Assembly (NCBI GenBank): GCA_902523865.1
Contig: CABZBG010000004.1
Location: forward strand, 11,979-75,978
Source of the DNA: an uncultured Alphaproteobacteria bacterium
GTDB lineage: Bacteria; Pseudomonadota; Alphaproteobacteria; HIMB59
DNA length: 64,000 nucleotides
Direction of reading: 5' to 3'
Notes under the pieces: generated by a model
Seen by the model: the letters and a program-made list of their open reading frames with translations, nothing else
Database searches by the model: none
What the model was told of the DNA's origin: nothing
Position numbers and translations under genes: made by a program
Part shown: piece by piece, positions 51,729-61,910 of the stretch
Position numbering within the stretch: the first letter of the stretch is position 1
How the letters are laid out: every line of letters starts with the position of its first letter

Positions 51729-52736
51729 TTAATTATTAATCACCTCCATCTTCCCTGATTGAATAGATTTATATGCAGCCTCTGCAATTAAAAGAGCTTT
51801 ACGACCATCTTCAAAATTTACAGTAGATTCAGTTTTATTAATTATCATATCTGCAAAGGATGTGATTTCATTCATATAAGCCTCCTGATATCTCTCAATA
51901 AAAAAGTTTAAGAGAGGTTCTTGTTTATTAACATAATCAGTATTAAATTTTCTTACTTCATGAGGTTTTCTATTATCGCTGATTGTCATGCCTTTACTTC
52001 CAAATAATTCTACTCTTTGGTCGTACCCATATGTAGCCGATCTAGAATTATTAATGTGACATTGTTTGCCGTTTTCTGTTTCCATAATAATCATCAAAGT
52101 GTCACTGTCACCTAATTCAGTTTTAATCTTAGGATCAATAAGGGCATTAGATATAGCAAAAACTCTAATAGGCTCCTCGCCTAACATATATCTAGCTAGA
52201 TCAAAATCATGAATAGTCATATCTCTAAACTGACCACCAGAACCTTGAAGGTACTTCCAACTTGGCAATCCAGGATCTCTAGATGTAATAATACATTGAT
52301 GAAGATCTCCTATTTCACCGTCAAGTAAAGATTGCTTCGCAGCTTGATGACCTGGATCGAACCTTCTGTTAAAACCTAACTGAATTGGAATTGTATTTCC
52401 TTTTAGTCGATCAGCACATTCATTCACAAGTTTGATATCTAAATCAATTGGCTTTTCGCACAACACAGGTTTTTTGGCAGCAACAGCTTTTTCAATAAAC
52501 TCTATATGTGTGTTAGTAGCTGATGAAATTAGAATAGCGTCAATTTCAGTATTTGAAAAAATTTCGTTGTCGTTATCTACAGCTTGAACATTTAAATCCA
52601 AGGCAACTTTATTTGCAAACTCAAAATTGATATCATAGACGCAGCTTAATTCTGTCTTCTCATGTAAAGTGATATTTTTTGCATGCATCTGACCAATTCT
52701 GCCACATCCTAGCACAGCAATTCTAACTTTGTTCAT
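51729..52736 (-). CDS. iolG: myo-Inositol 2-dehydrogenase
   Basis: GCGRIG, CEKPID, GFNRRFDP, ITSRDP, DMTIHDFD, YGYDQRVE, FFIERY. Confidence 0.92.
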   Translation of the reverse strand: MNKVRIAVLGCGRIGQMHAKNITLHEKTELSCVYDINFEFANKVALDLNVQAVDNDNEIFSNTEIDAILISSATNTHIEFIEKAVAAKKPVLCEKPIDLDIKLVNECADRLKGNTIPIQLGFNRRFDPGHQAAKQSLLDGEIGDLHQCIITSRDPGLPSWKYLQGSGGQFRDMTIHDFDLARYMLGEEPIRVFAISNALIDPKIKTELGDSDTLMIIMETENGKQCHINNSRSATYGYDQRVELFGSKGMTISDNRKPHEVRKFNTDYVNKQEPLLNFFIERYQEAYMNEITSFADMIINKTESTVNFEDGRKALLIAEAAYKSIQSGKMEVINN

Positions 52737-52838
52737 TTTGAAATTTATAAACTACTTTAATTTCAAAAAAATAAAAAAGTTTTTATTTTCAGAATTATTT
52801 AAGTATGATCCCAGACATATAGAGTTTGGAGGATTACG

Positions 52839-53750
52839 GTGAAAGCAAAATTAGGTATAGCACCAATAGCTTGGTCAAACGATGATTTGCCTGAACTAGG
52901 TGGCGAGACAACTTTAGAGACTTGTCTTACAGAATCAAAATTAGCTGGATTTTCAGGAGTTGAAACTGGTGGTAAATTCCCAAAGAGATCTGAAGAATTA
53001 GGACCAATTCTAAAACAACATCAATTATATTTAGCGTCTGGATGGTATTCTGGCACTGTACTAACCAACGATTTGGAAAAAGAAAAAGATCAAGCTTTTG
53101 ATCAATTAAATCTTTTCAAAGATTTAGGCGCATCTTGTTTAGCTTATGGAGAAACAGCTGGAACCATACAAAATGTAAGACACGCAGCTCTAAATACAAA
53201 AATAAAAATTCATCATGAAGATTTTAAGGAATATGGAAAAAAATTAACTGCTTTTGCAGAATACTGTGCGGAATTTAATATGCCGATATCTTTTCACCAT
53301 CATATGGGAACAGCTATCGAAACAGAAGAAGAACTTGATAATTTAATGAATAACACAGGAGAGGCTGTTCAGTTATTATTTGATACAGGGCACATGACTT
53401 TTGCTCGAGGTAATTCTTTGAATGTAATTAAAAAATATGCAAAAAGAATAAATCATGTTCACACTAAGGATATTAGATCAGAAGTAATCAATAACTTAGA
53501 TAAAAGTAATGAGAGTTTTCTGGATGCTGTTCTAAAAGGGGCATTTACTGTCCCAGGTGATGGTAATATAAATTTTAAAGAAATAGTTGAGGTGTTAGCT
53601 CAAAACAATTATCAGGGATGGTTTATTGTAGAAGCCGAACAAGATCCAGCCAAGGCAAACCCATTTGAATATGCAAAAATTGGCTATAAAGAATTAGTAG
53701 AGTGTTTAAATCTATACGGTTATCAAATAGAAGAATATTTAAATGAATAG
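52839..53750 (+). CDS. iolE: myo-Inosose-2 dehydratase
   Basis: GIAPIAWSNDDLPELGG, HHHMGT, DTGH, HVHTKD, FTVPGDG, VEAEQDP; GTG start with SD GGAGG. Confidence 0.95.
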   Translation: MKAKLGIAPIAWSNDDLPELGGETTLETCLTESKLAGFSGVETGGKFPKRSEELGPILKQHQLYLASGWYSGTVLTNDLEKEKDQAFDQLNLFKDLGASCLAYGETAGTIQNVRHAALNTKIKIHHEDFKEYGKKLTAFAEYCAEFNMPISFHHHMGTAIETEEELDNLMNNTGEAVQLLFDTGHMTFARGNSLNVIKKYAKRINHVHTKDIRSEVINNLDKSNESFLDAVLKGAFTVPGDGNINFKEIVEVLAQNNYQGWFIVEAEQDPAKANPFEYAKIGYKELVECLNLYGYQIEEYLNE

Positions 53751-54567
53751 GGTTGATGGAAAGTATGCCTTAGTTACAGGAGGCACACAAGGCCTTGGCG
53801 CCGCAATTGCTCGATGCTTTGCAGATAATGGAGCCAAAGGAATTATTACTATTGGACGAAATGAGAATAAAGGAAGAGAGGTTGCTAAAAAAATTACGAG
53901 TGATACAGGATGTGATGTAATTTATGTAAAGACTGATTTAGCTAATGTTGACCAGTGTAGAAATGCTGTATCCACTGCAAAAAAAGAGTTTGGTAAATTA
54001 GATATTCTTGTTAATGCAGCAGGTATCACAGATAGAGGGGATATTATTAACACCTCGGAAGAACTTTTTGACAAAATGATAGGTGTAAATGTCAAAGGAC
54101 CATATTTTTTAATCCAAGATACAGTTAAAATTATGATTGAACAAAAGATCCAAGGTTCAATTATCAATATAGGATCGGTCTCTGCTCTTACAGGACAACC
54201 ATTCATTTCAGCTTATAGTACTTCTAAAGGAGCACTTGCAACTTTGACAAGAAATACAGCTTTTGCTTTATTGAAAAATAAAATAAGAGTTAATCAATTA
54301 AATATCGGATGGATGGCTTCAGATGGTGAACATGATATTCAAACTAAATATCATGGTGCCCCAGAAGATTGGTTAGAAGAGGCTGGTAAAGCTCAACCTT
54401 TCGAAAGACTTTTAGACCCAAGAGAAGTTGCAAAAGCTGTAACGTTTTTAGCTTCTGATGACTCAGGCATGATGACAGGCTCAGTTGTAAACTTTGATCA
54501 ATCCGTTTGGGGGGGGTATCCATTTTCCCCACCTGTTCCTGCTGACAAAATTAAATTAGATAAATAA
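53743..54567 (+). CDS. SDR-family oxidoreductase (inositol-cluster associated)
   Basis: TGGTQGLG, NAAG, YSTSK (YxxxK), NQLNIGWM. Confidence 0.9.
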   Translation: MNRVDGKYALVTGGTQGLGAAIARCFADNGAKGIITIGRNENKGREVAKKITSDTGCDVIYVKTDLANVDQCRNAVSTAKKEFGKLDILVNAAGITDRGDIINTSEELFDKMIGVNVKGPYFLIQDTVKIMIEQKIQGSIINIGSVSALTGQPFISAYSTSKGALATLTRNTAFALLKNKIRVNQLNIGWMASDGEHDIQTKYHGAPEDWLEEAGKAQPFERLLDPREVAKAVTFLASDDSGMMTGSVVNFDQSVWGGYPFSPPVPADKIKLDK

Positions 54568-54654
54568 TAAATGAATATATTATTTATGAATACCTTAACC
54601 CCAGGCGGCAAATTTGTTACTGCAGAAAAAATCTAGAACTGTTATAAATAGGAT

Positions 54655-56112
54655 ATGAATATTATAGACTCAAAATTTTATAGAGATAAATGTTACATTA
54701 ACGGAGAGTGGATTGGGGCAGACTCTGGTGAGACTATTTCTGTAAACAACCCAGCAACTTTAAAAGAAATTGGAACAGTTCCAAAATGTGAAACAGCTGA
54801 AACTAAAAGAGCTATAGAAGCTGCAAACGAGGCATGGCCAGAGTGGAAGGCTAAATCTGCAAGACAACGATCTGATATACTTCGTAAATGGTTTGATTTA
54901 ATGATTAAAAATAAAGAAGAATTAGCACAAATAATGACCATAGAACAAGGTAAACCAATAAATGAGTCAAGAGGTGAAATTGGTTATGGGGCGTCGTTCG
55001 TAGAGTGGTTCTCTGAAGAGGCAAAAAGAGTCTACGGTGATACTATTCCCGATCCTTTGACCGATCGAAGAATAGTTGTTCTTAAACAACCTGTTGGAGT
55101 AGTAGCATCTATTACTCCTTGGAACTTCCCTAATGCCATGATTACAAGAAAGTGCGCTCCAGCATTAGCAGTAGGGTGTCCTGTTGTAATCAAACCTGCA
55201 AGTCAAACTCCTTTTTCAGCATTAGCTTTAGCTGTCTTAGCAGAAGAAGCTGGTTTTCCCAAAGGCACTTTAAACGTCATTACTGGAAAAGCATCGGCTA
55301 TTGGCGATGAATTAGCCACTAACCCAATAGTTAGAAAATTATCTTTTACTGGATCAACTGAGATTGGAAAAATTTTGTTACAAAAATGTGCAGGGACTGT
55401 CAAAAAAGTCTCAATGGAATTAGGGGGACATGCACCTTTCATAGTTTTTGATGATGCTAATATTGATGATGCAGTTGCAGGTGCGATGCAGAGTAAATTT
55501 AGAAATACAGGCCAAACTTGTGTTTGTGCAAATCGTATTTATGTCCAAGAAAAAGTTCACGAGGAATTTTGTAAAAAATTTGTAGATGCAGTCTCTAAAA
55601 TGAAAGTTGGAGATGGGATGAACGAGGAAAATTCATCAGGTCCAATGATCGATGAACATTCATTAAGTAAAGTCGAAGAACATGTTGAAGACGCTGTTGC
55701 ATATGGTGCTAAAGTAGCGATAGGAGGATCTAGACACTCCCTAGGATTAAATTTTTATCAACCCACTATCCTGACTGATGTAACTCCTCAAGCTAAAATC
55801 ACTACAGAAGAAACCTTTGGTCCTGTAGCTCCTATTTATAAATTTAAAGATGAAAAAGAGGTAATTGATTTAGCAAATAACTCTCCTTATGGATTAGCTT
55901 CTTACTTTTACTCACGTGATATTGGTAGGATTTGGAGAGTAGCAGAGGGACTAGAATATGGGATGGTTGGCGTTAATACTGGCTTAACATCTAAAGCAGA
56001 GGCTCCTTTTGGCGGAGTAAAAGAGTCAGGCCTTGGAAGAGAAGGCTCTAAGTACGGCATCGAAGATTTTATTGAAATAAAATATGTCAATATGAGTGGC
56101 TTAGACAAATAA
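54655..56112 (+). CDS. gabD: NAD(P)-dependent succinate-semialdehyde dehydrogenase-type aldehyde dehydrogenase
   Basis: ITPWNFP, SFTGSTEIGK, MELGG, FRNTGQTCVC, EETFGP, PFGGVKESGLGREGS. Confidence 0.9.
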   Translation: MNIIDSKFYRDKCYINGEWIGADSGETISVNNPATLKEIGTVPKCETAETKRAIEAANEAWPEWKAKSARQRSDILRKWFDLMIKNKEELAQIMTIEQGKPINESRGEIGYGASFVEWFSEEAKRVYGDTIPDPLTDRRIVVLKQPVGVVASITPWNFPNAMITRKCAPALAVGCPVVIKPASQTPFSALALAVLAEEAGFPKGTLNVITGKASAIGDELATNPIVRKLSFTGSTEIGKILLQKCAGTVKKVSMELGGHAPFIVFDDANIDDAVAGAMQSKFRNTGQTCVCANRIYVQEKVHEEFCKKFVDAVSKMKVGDGMNEENSSGPMIDEHSLSKVEEHVEDAVAYGAKVAIGGSRHSLGLNFYQPTILTDVTPQAKITTEETFGPVAPIYKFKDEKEVIDLANNSPYGLASYFYSRDIGRIWRVAEGLEYGMVGVNTGLTSKAEAPFGGVKESGLGREGSKYGIEDFIEIKYVNMSGLDK

Positions 56113-56121
56113 GCCTTTTTT

Positions 56122-57279
56122 ATGGGTAAAGTTTTTAAGGTAGGATTAATTGGTTGTGGACATATATCTGAGACTTATTTTCGAGGCCATGATTACTTTA
56201 ATAATTTTAAAATAGTTAAATGTGCAGATATAAATTCTGAAAATTCAGAAAAATGTGCAAAAACATATGGCATTACAGCCTGTTCAGTAGAAGAAATACT
56301 AAAAGACAATGATATTGAGGTAATTTTAAATTTAACAATACCCAGAGCACACTATGAAGTCGCAAAACAATCACTTGAAAATGGCAAACACGTTTATAGT
56401 GAAAAACCTATGGCTGTCAATTTTTCAGAGGGTGAAGAACTTTTAGTGCTTTCAAAATCTAAAGATCTCTATATTGGAAATGCTCCCGATACATTTTTGG
56501 GTGGGGGTATCCAAAAATCAATAGATTTAATAAATCAAAATAAAATAGGAAATGTTCGACTTGGAAGTGCTATCTTTGCTTATCCGGGCGTCCAATCATA
56601 TCATCCTAATCCAGAGCCTTGGTTTGCTAATAATGAAGGGGGCCCAGTAATGGATATGGGGCCATACTACCTTACGGCATTAGTAAATCTTTTGGGACCA
56701 GCTAAAAGTGTCCATGGAGTATCCACTAAAGTTTTCGAAAAAAGAGTAATTGGGATAGGTCCTAAAAAAGATCAAGAATTTTCTGTCGAGTGTCCAACAA
56801 GCTATCTAGTTAACTTAGAATTTCATAACCAAGCTCTAATTCAAATCACACTTTCATTTGATGTGGTTACTCATCAACGCAATCATATTGAGCTTTACGG
56901 AGATAGGGGCTCAATGATAGTCCCAGATCCCAACATGTTTGGAGGGTCAGTTATGACAAGCAATGATGACTCTGGAATATGGGAAGAGCATAAAACTGAT
57001 GATTTACCACTTGGGAGAATAAATATTACCACTCAAAGCGGAAGAGCTAACGAGTCCCCTACAAATGCAAATTACCGTGGAGTAGGTCTTGCTGAGATGC
57101 TTTATTGCATAGAAAAAGGCATAAATCATAGGTGTAATGGTGAACTGTCACTTCATGTTTTAGACATTATTAAATCTACTATGAAGGCAGCAGACTCAAG
57201 GACAACACAGGATATTAAAACTTCATGTCAAAAAGCTGATTACTTTACACTAGAAGAAATACAAAAAATTCTTAAGTAA
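56122..57279 (+). CDS. Gfo/Idh/MocA-family oxidoreductase
   Basis: GCGHIS, LNLTIP..H, YSEKP, APDTFLG, DMGPYY. Confidence 0.9.
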   Translation: MGKVFKVGLIGCGHISETYFRGHDYFNNFKIVKCADINSENSEKCAKTYGITACSVEEILKDNDIEVILNLTIPRAHYEVAKQSLENGKHVYSEKPMAVNFSEGEELLVLSKSKDLYIGNAPDTFLGGGIQKSIDLINQNKIGNVRLGSAIFAYPGVQSYHPNPEPWFANNEGGPVMDMGPYYLTALVNLLGPAKSVHGVSTKVFEKRVIGIGPKKDQEFSVECPTSYLVNLEFHNQALIQITLSFDVVTHQRNHIELYGDRGSMIVPDPNMFGGSVMTSNDDSGIWEEHKTDDLPLGRINITTQSGRANESPTNANYRGVGLAEMLYCIEKGINHRCNGELSLHVLDIIKSTMKAADSRTTQDIKTSCQKADYFTLEEIQKILK

Positions 57280-57312
57280 TATAGATATTTCCTTTAGACT
57301 ACATTTTCTCAA

Positions 57313-58275
57313 ATGGAATTTAATAAATTAAAAAAAATACTAGTAATAGGCAGAGCAGGTATGGATATATATCCTGAACCCCCAGGTACTAAAATATCTG
57401 AGGTTAAAAATTTTTCTACTCATCTAGGCGGATCTGCTGCTAATACCTGTGTGGCTCTATCTCAGTTGGGTGTACAGTCTGATCTTTTAACTTGTGTATC
57501 AGAGGATGCCATTGGTGAGTATATTTTTGAAAAATTGAGGGAATTTAATGTAGGAAGTAACCTTTGTAGAAGAGTAGAGAATAATTTTCAAACGCAAGTA
57601 GCTGTTGTGGAAACTATCCTTAAAAATAACCAATCTATTTTATACAGAAATAACTCTTGTGATTTACAGTTAAGCAAAAACGACATAGACAATATAAATT
57701 TTCAAGATTATTCGGCTGTATTTATTTCTGGCACTGCTTTGTCTTCCAACCCATCAAGGGACGCAGTATTTTATGCCACTCAAAAGGCATCGTCGCTCAG
57801 TATTCCCTTAATTATTGATATGGATTATAGGCCATACAATTGGGAGTCAGATGAAATTAAGTCAAATATCTATAAAAAAATCATGAATGAAATGGATATT
57901 ATTATAGGAAATGATTTAGAATTTAATATTGCAGATAATTCCACAGAAGGTTTTCAATTAGCCAAAAGCTTTATAAATGAGAAACCATCAATTATAATCT
58001 ACAAAATGGGTGAAAAAGGATCGACTGTTATTACTAAAGAAAAAGAACAAAATTTTGGAATATTTAAAGTTGAAGCTATAAAACCAACAGGAGCGGGAGA
58101 TGCTTTTAATGGGGGTTTTATCAGCTCAATTCTTCAAGGATATTCACTGGAGGACTCTATTAAAAGAGGCTCAGCAAACGCAGCTATCGTTGTCACTAAG
58201 GTGGGCTGCTCTTCAGCAATGCCAAATACTGATGAACTAGAAAATTTTATTAATCAACAAACAATGGAGATATAG
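57313..58275 (+). CDS. iolC: 5-dehydro-2-deoxygluconokinase (PfkB family)
   Basis: GRAGMDIY, LGGSAAN, DMDYRPYNW, GNDLEF, GAGDAF; upstream of iolB. Confidence 0.85.
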   Translation: MEFNKLKKILVIGRAGMDIYPEPPGTKISEVKNFSTHLGGSAANTCVALSQLGVQSDLLTCVSEDAIGEYIFEKLREFNVGSNLCRRVENNFQTQVAVVETILKNNQSILYRNNSCDLQLSKNDIDNINFQDYSAVFISGTALSSNPSRDAVFYATQKASSLSIPLIIDMDYRPYNWESDEIKSNIYKKIMNEMDIIIGNDLEFNIADNSTEGFQLAKSFINEKPSIIIYKMGEKGSTVITKEKEQNFGIFKVEAIKPTGAGDAFNGGFISSILQGYSLEDSIKRGSANAAIVVTKVGCSSAMPNTDELENFINQQTMEI

Positions 58276-59118
58276 ATGCATATACCTTACTCAGAAAATA
58301 AGAATATCGCTTTATTTGGGGAGCAAAATAAAACCGTTCCCTTAGTATACTTCAATATTATTAATTTAAAAAAAGGTGAGAGTTATAGCTATAAACTTCC
58401 TGAGCATGAAACCAGCGTAGTTCCAGCTACTGGCATAGTGGAGCTCGAAGTCGATGGTATTAAACTTGGTCAAATTGGTACTAGAAAATCTGACGTTTGG
58501 GATGGAGAACCCGAAGGGAGCTACATACCTACAGATGCAGAATGTACGATCACATGTCTTTCGGACAGTACGGAGTGTTTTATTGCTGGAGGTATTTATG
58601 AGAAAAAATTAGAGGCATTTTTAGTTCAAAAAAAAGATATTGATACAGTGCAATATGGATCAGATGATACAAAAACACATCGAAAAATTAAACATATCTT
58701 AGGAGCAAAGCATCATGAACAAGTTGGAAGATTACTTGTCAATGAACTCTTCACAGTTGGAGCTGGAGGCTGGTCAGGTTTTCCTCCGCATAAGCATGAT
58801 ACAAACAGACTGCCTGATGAAACACGTCATGATGAGGTTTATAATTATCGTTTTAGACCAGGACATGGTTTTGGAGTTCAGGTCATGCAATATGAAGATG
58901 ACAAAGAAGGTTTTGGTTATCAACTATTTAATGGATCCACAATAGCAATAGATAAGGGCTATCACCCATGTGTTGTTGCACCAGGATATGAAATGTACTA
59001 TTTTACAATTTTAGTTGGTCTTTCCCAAAGATCACTTGTTCAATATTTTCAAAAAACTCATGCTTATCAATTAGAAACAATTCCTGGTATTAAGGATATG
59101 ATAGCTAAATATAAATGA
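58276..59118 (+). CDS. iolB: 5-deoxy-glucuronate isomerase
   Basis: GGWSGFPPHKHD, EVYNYRF, GYHPCVVAPGYEMYY. Confidence 0.9.
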   Translation: MHIPYSENKNIALFGEQNKTVPLVYFNIINLKKGESYSYKLPEHETSVVPATGIVELEVDGIKLGQIGTRKSDVWDGEPEGSYIPTDAECTITCLSDSTECFIAGGIYEKKLEAFLVQKKDIDTVQYGSDDTKTHRKIKHILGAKHHEQVGRLLVNELFTVGAGGWSGFPPHKHDTNRLPDETRHDEVYNYRFRPGHGFGVQVMQYEDDKEGFGYQLFNGSTIAIDKGYHPCVVAPGYEMYYFTILVGLSQRSLVQYFQKTHAYQLETIPGIKDMIAKYK

Positions 59119-59945
59119 CGATTGCAAGTCTCTCAGATGTTTTACAAAAGGCAAAAAAAGATAATTATGCAGTCGCAGGATTAGTTGTACTAGGCTGGGA
59201 AGATGCAAGATGCTACGCAGAGACAGCTGATGAACTTGGGTTACCCGTAATTCTTCAAGCGGGAACGGGTTGTAGAGCAAATACTCCATTACCAGTTTTA
59301 GGTAAAATGTTCAGATACTTGGCTGAGCAATCCTCCAGTCCTGTCGTTTGTCATTTAGATCATGGTTATGCTAAAGAAGAATGTCTAGAGGCTATAGACA
59401 ATGGATTTACATCTATTATGTTTGATGGGTCTAAACTTCCACTCAATGAAAATGTTGAAAAAACAAGAGAAATTGTTGAATTAGCGCATAAACAAAATAT
59501 TTCCGTAGAGGGAGAAATTGGTTTCGTTGGGTATAGTGAGGGCGCTAAATCACAAAGCACAGACCCAGAGGAAGCAAAAACTTTTGCTACCTTGACTGAA
59601 TGTGATGCAATGGCAATTAGCGCAGGAAACGTACACTTACAGACCCAAAAATCTTCATCAATTGATATGCAAGTCATAAAGGAAATAGAAACTTTAACGG
59701 ATGTGCCATTAGTTCTCCATGGTAGTAGTGGGATTGAAGACACACTTAAAAGAACAATAGCTAATACCACAAATGTTTGTAAGTTCAACATTGGAACTGA
59801 GCTTAGGAAAACATTTGGTGATACTTTAAGAGTGGAAATAACAAAAAACCCAGGCACTTATGACCGTATAAAATTAATCAATTCCACAATTCCAAGATTA
59901 AAAGAAGTAACAAAAAAAGTTTTAGAGAATATATCCAAAATTTAA
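59115..59945 (+). CDS. Class II aldolase (IolJ/Fba family)
   Basis: HLDHG, SIMFDGS, VEGEIG, GNVH, LVLHGSSG, KFNIGTE; coupled to iolB. Confidence 0.88.
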   Translation: MTIASLSDVLQKAKKDNYAVAGLVVLGWEDARCYAETADELGLPVILQAGTGCRANTPLPVLGKMFRYLAEQSSSPVVCHLDHGYAKEECLEAIDNGFTSIMFDGSKLPLNENVEKTREIVELAHKQNISVEGEIGFVGYSEGAKSQSTDPEEAKTFATLTECDAMAISAGNVHLQTQKSSSIDMQVIKEIETLTDVPLVLHGSSGIEDTLKRTIANTTNVCKFNIGTELRKTFGDTLRVEITKNPGTYDRIKLINSTIPRLKEVTKKVLENISKI

Positions 59946-59951
59946 TCATTA

Positions 59952-60905
59952 ATGATTAAATCTAACACTATTGAAAATAAATTTTTAAGAGTAAGGACTC
60001 TTAATATTGGAGCTACATTATTTGAAGTTTTTTATAAAAAGAAAAAAATAAATTTAATACTCAACTTAGGTAATATCTCTTCCTATAAAAATAATAAAAA
60101 CTACTTAGGCGCAACATGTGGTAGGTATGCAAATAGAATTAGAAACAGCCAATTTAAAATTAAGGGTGTTAATTACAAATTAACAAGAAATGAGGGAAAA
60201 AATATTTTACATGGAGGTAAAAAAGGATTTGACTCAAAAATATGGAGTGTTAAAAACTCATCAAAATCTCATATTACTTATTATTATATATCACCGGATA
60301 AAGAGGAGGGGTTTCCAGGAGAACTTTGCTCCTCATGCAGATACTCAATCAAAAAATCTGTTCTTCGTATTAATTTAAGAGCAAAGACTTCAAAAACCAC
60401 ACATGTAAATTTAGTCAATCACGCATATTGGAACCTAGATAAAATTAAAAAGGATGTTTTTGATCATTACGTCCAAATAAATGCTAATCATTATTTAGAA
60501 AATGATGATGAAAATATACCTACAGGTAAGGTGATTAGTGTGGATGGTACAAGTTTTGATTTTAAAAAACCAAGTAAGATTAAGGATAAATTTACCAATA
60601 AATTAAATAGTTTTGATGAAAACTTCATTATTAATAAGAATTCAAAATTTATAGCTAAAATCAAATCTTCTAAAAGTAATATTTCATTGAGAATTTCCTC
60701 TAACCAACCAGGCGTACAATTTTATACTGGTCAACATTTAAAATACTCTACTGATCGTAAGACAATTAAAAAATATCAAGGAATGTGTTTTGAGACACAG
60801 GGATTTCCCAATGCACCAAATAATTCAAAGTTTCCATCAACTCGATTAGATCCATTACAAACTTATAAGCACAATATAAAGTTTGAGATTGAAGAGATTA
60901 AATAA
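59952..60905 (+). CDS. galM: Aldose 1-epimerase (mutarotase)
   Basis: GRYANRI, LHGG..GF, GFPG, NHAYWNL, QFYTG, CFETQ.FP. Confidence 0.9.
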   Translation: MIKSNTIENKFLRVRTLNIGATLFEVFYKKKKINLILNLGNISSYKNNKNYLGATCGRYANRIRNSQFKIKGVNYKLTRNEGKNILHGGKKGFDSKIWSVKNSSKSHITYYYISPDKEEGFPGELCSSCRYSIKKSVLRINLRAKTSKTTHVNLVNHAYWNLDKIKKDVFDHYVQINANHYLENDDENIPTGKVISVDGTSFDFKKPSKIKDKFTNKLNSFDENFIINKNSKFIAKIKSSKSNISLRISSNQPGVQFYTGQHLKYSTDRKTIKKYQGMCFETQGFPNAPNNSKFPSTRLDPLQTYKHNIKFEIEEIK

Positions 60906-61910
60906 CTATTCTTGTTTTTCTCTAAGTTTTATATTAAGTGAGTCAAAGAATATTTGAGGCACACTGAAAGCAAAGTTATTTAATAATGCAACAGAACTAA
61001 CTTGCATTTGGTTTCCGTCTAACAATGGATCAATAAATTTTGATATTTGAATTTTATCATCTATATAATTCCAATTAAAAGTGGCATGAACTCCTTCGCC
61101 ATCTATATCGTAAAGATTTACAAAAATTATTGTTCCATTATTAAGAGTAAATCTTGTCTTTAAATCTGGGGAGTTAGGTAAATCAGACTTGAGAATAAAA
61201 CCATTATGTTGTAAATCTGTTAATATATTTTGAGCATTAATAATTTTATCATCATCAATTTCATTGAATTGAGAAGTCAAATTTGTATGTATAAATTTTC
61301 CATCAACTGTATTTAAATTGATCATATTTTGATTATATATTTGAATTGATTTGATTTGAGATTTACCAATATTAATTAAATCCGTCGGTACCCAATAAAA
61401 ATCAGATACATCAGCAGTTAAATTCGTTGAAACTAGATAAGATTGATTGGAGTCAGATGCTTTTATGTAGGAACCTGGGATATTGTAATTATATATACCT
61501 ATATCTAGAGAATATAATACCTCATTATTTTTAGATTTTAATAATAACTGCATTTTATTTTCATCATCTAGACCTAATTTGTATAAAAGATCATCACGAT
61601 TAGTTTTGGCATCTAATATATTTGCTTCACGAAGTTGAATAAAAAACCTACTTAAAAGTTCAGTATTTGCTGGAAAATTATTTGAGCTTGAGATAAGCCA
61701 TTGATTATCAATATTTTCAATAACAGATTTTCCATCTTGATTAGAAAATTCAATGTAGGCTATTTCTGGCAAGACATCATCAAAACTTGGAAATAATAAT
61801 TCAGATGATGAGTTTCTAGAGGTATTTTTGCCATCAAAATACATACCAAGTGCAACAACAAAAAAACCAAAAGATAACAAAACTAATATTTTTAAATTTT
61901 TAATATACAT
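60906..61910 (-). CDS. DUF4340-like membrane-anchored protein of a Gld-type ABC module
   Basis: N-terminal TM helix; W...NFPA, LGLD, SY....QSYLV pattern; directly downstream of the GldG-like gene. Confidence 0.65.
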   Translation of the reverse strand: MYIKNLKILVLLSFGFFVVALGMYFDGKNTSRNSSSELLFPSFDDVLPEIAYIEFSNQDGKSVIENIDNQWLISSSNNFPANTELLSRFFIQLREANILDAKTNRDDLLYKLGLDDENKMQLLLKSKNNEVLYSLDIGIYNYNIPGSYIKASDSNQSYLVSTNLTADVSDFYWVPTDLINIGKSQIKSIQIYNQNMINLNTVDGKFIHTNLTSQFNEIDDDKIINAQNILTDLQHNGFILKSDLPNSPDLKTRFTLNNGTIIFVNLYDIDGEGVHATFNWNYIDDKIQISKFIDPLLDGNQMQVSSVALLNNFAFSVPQIFFDSLNIKLREKQE

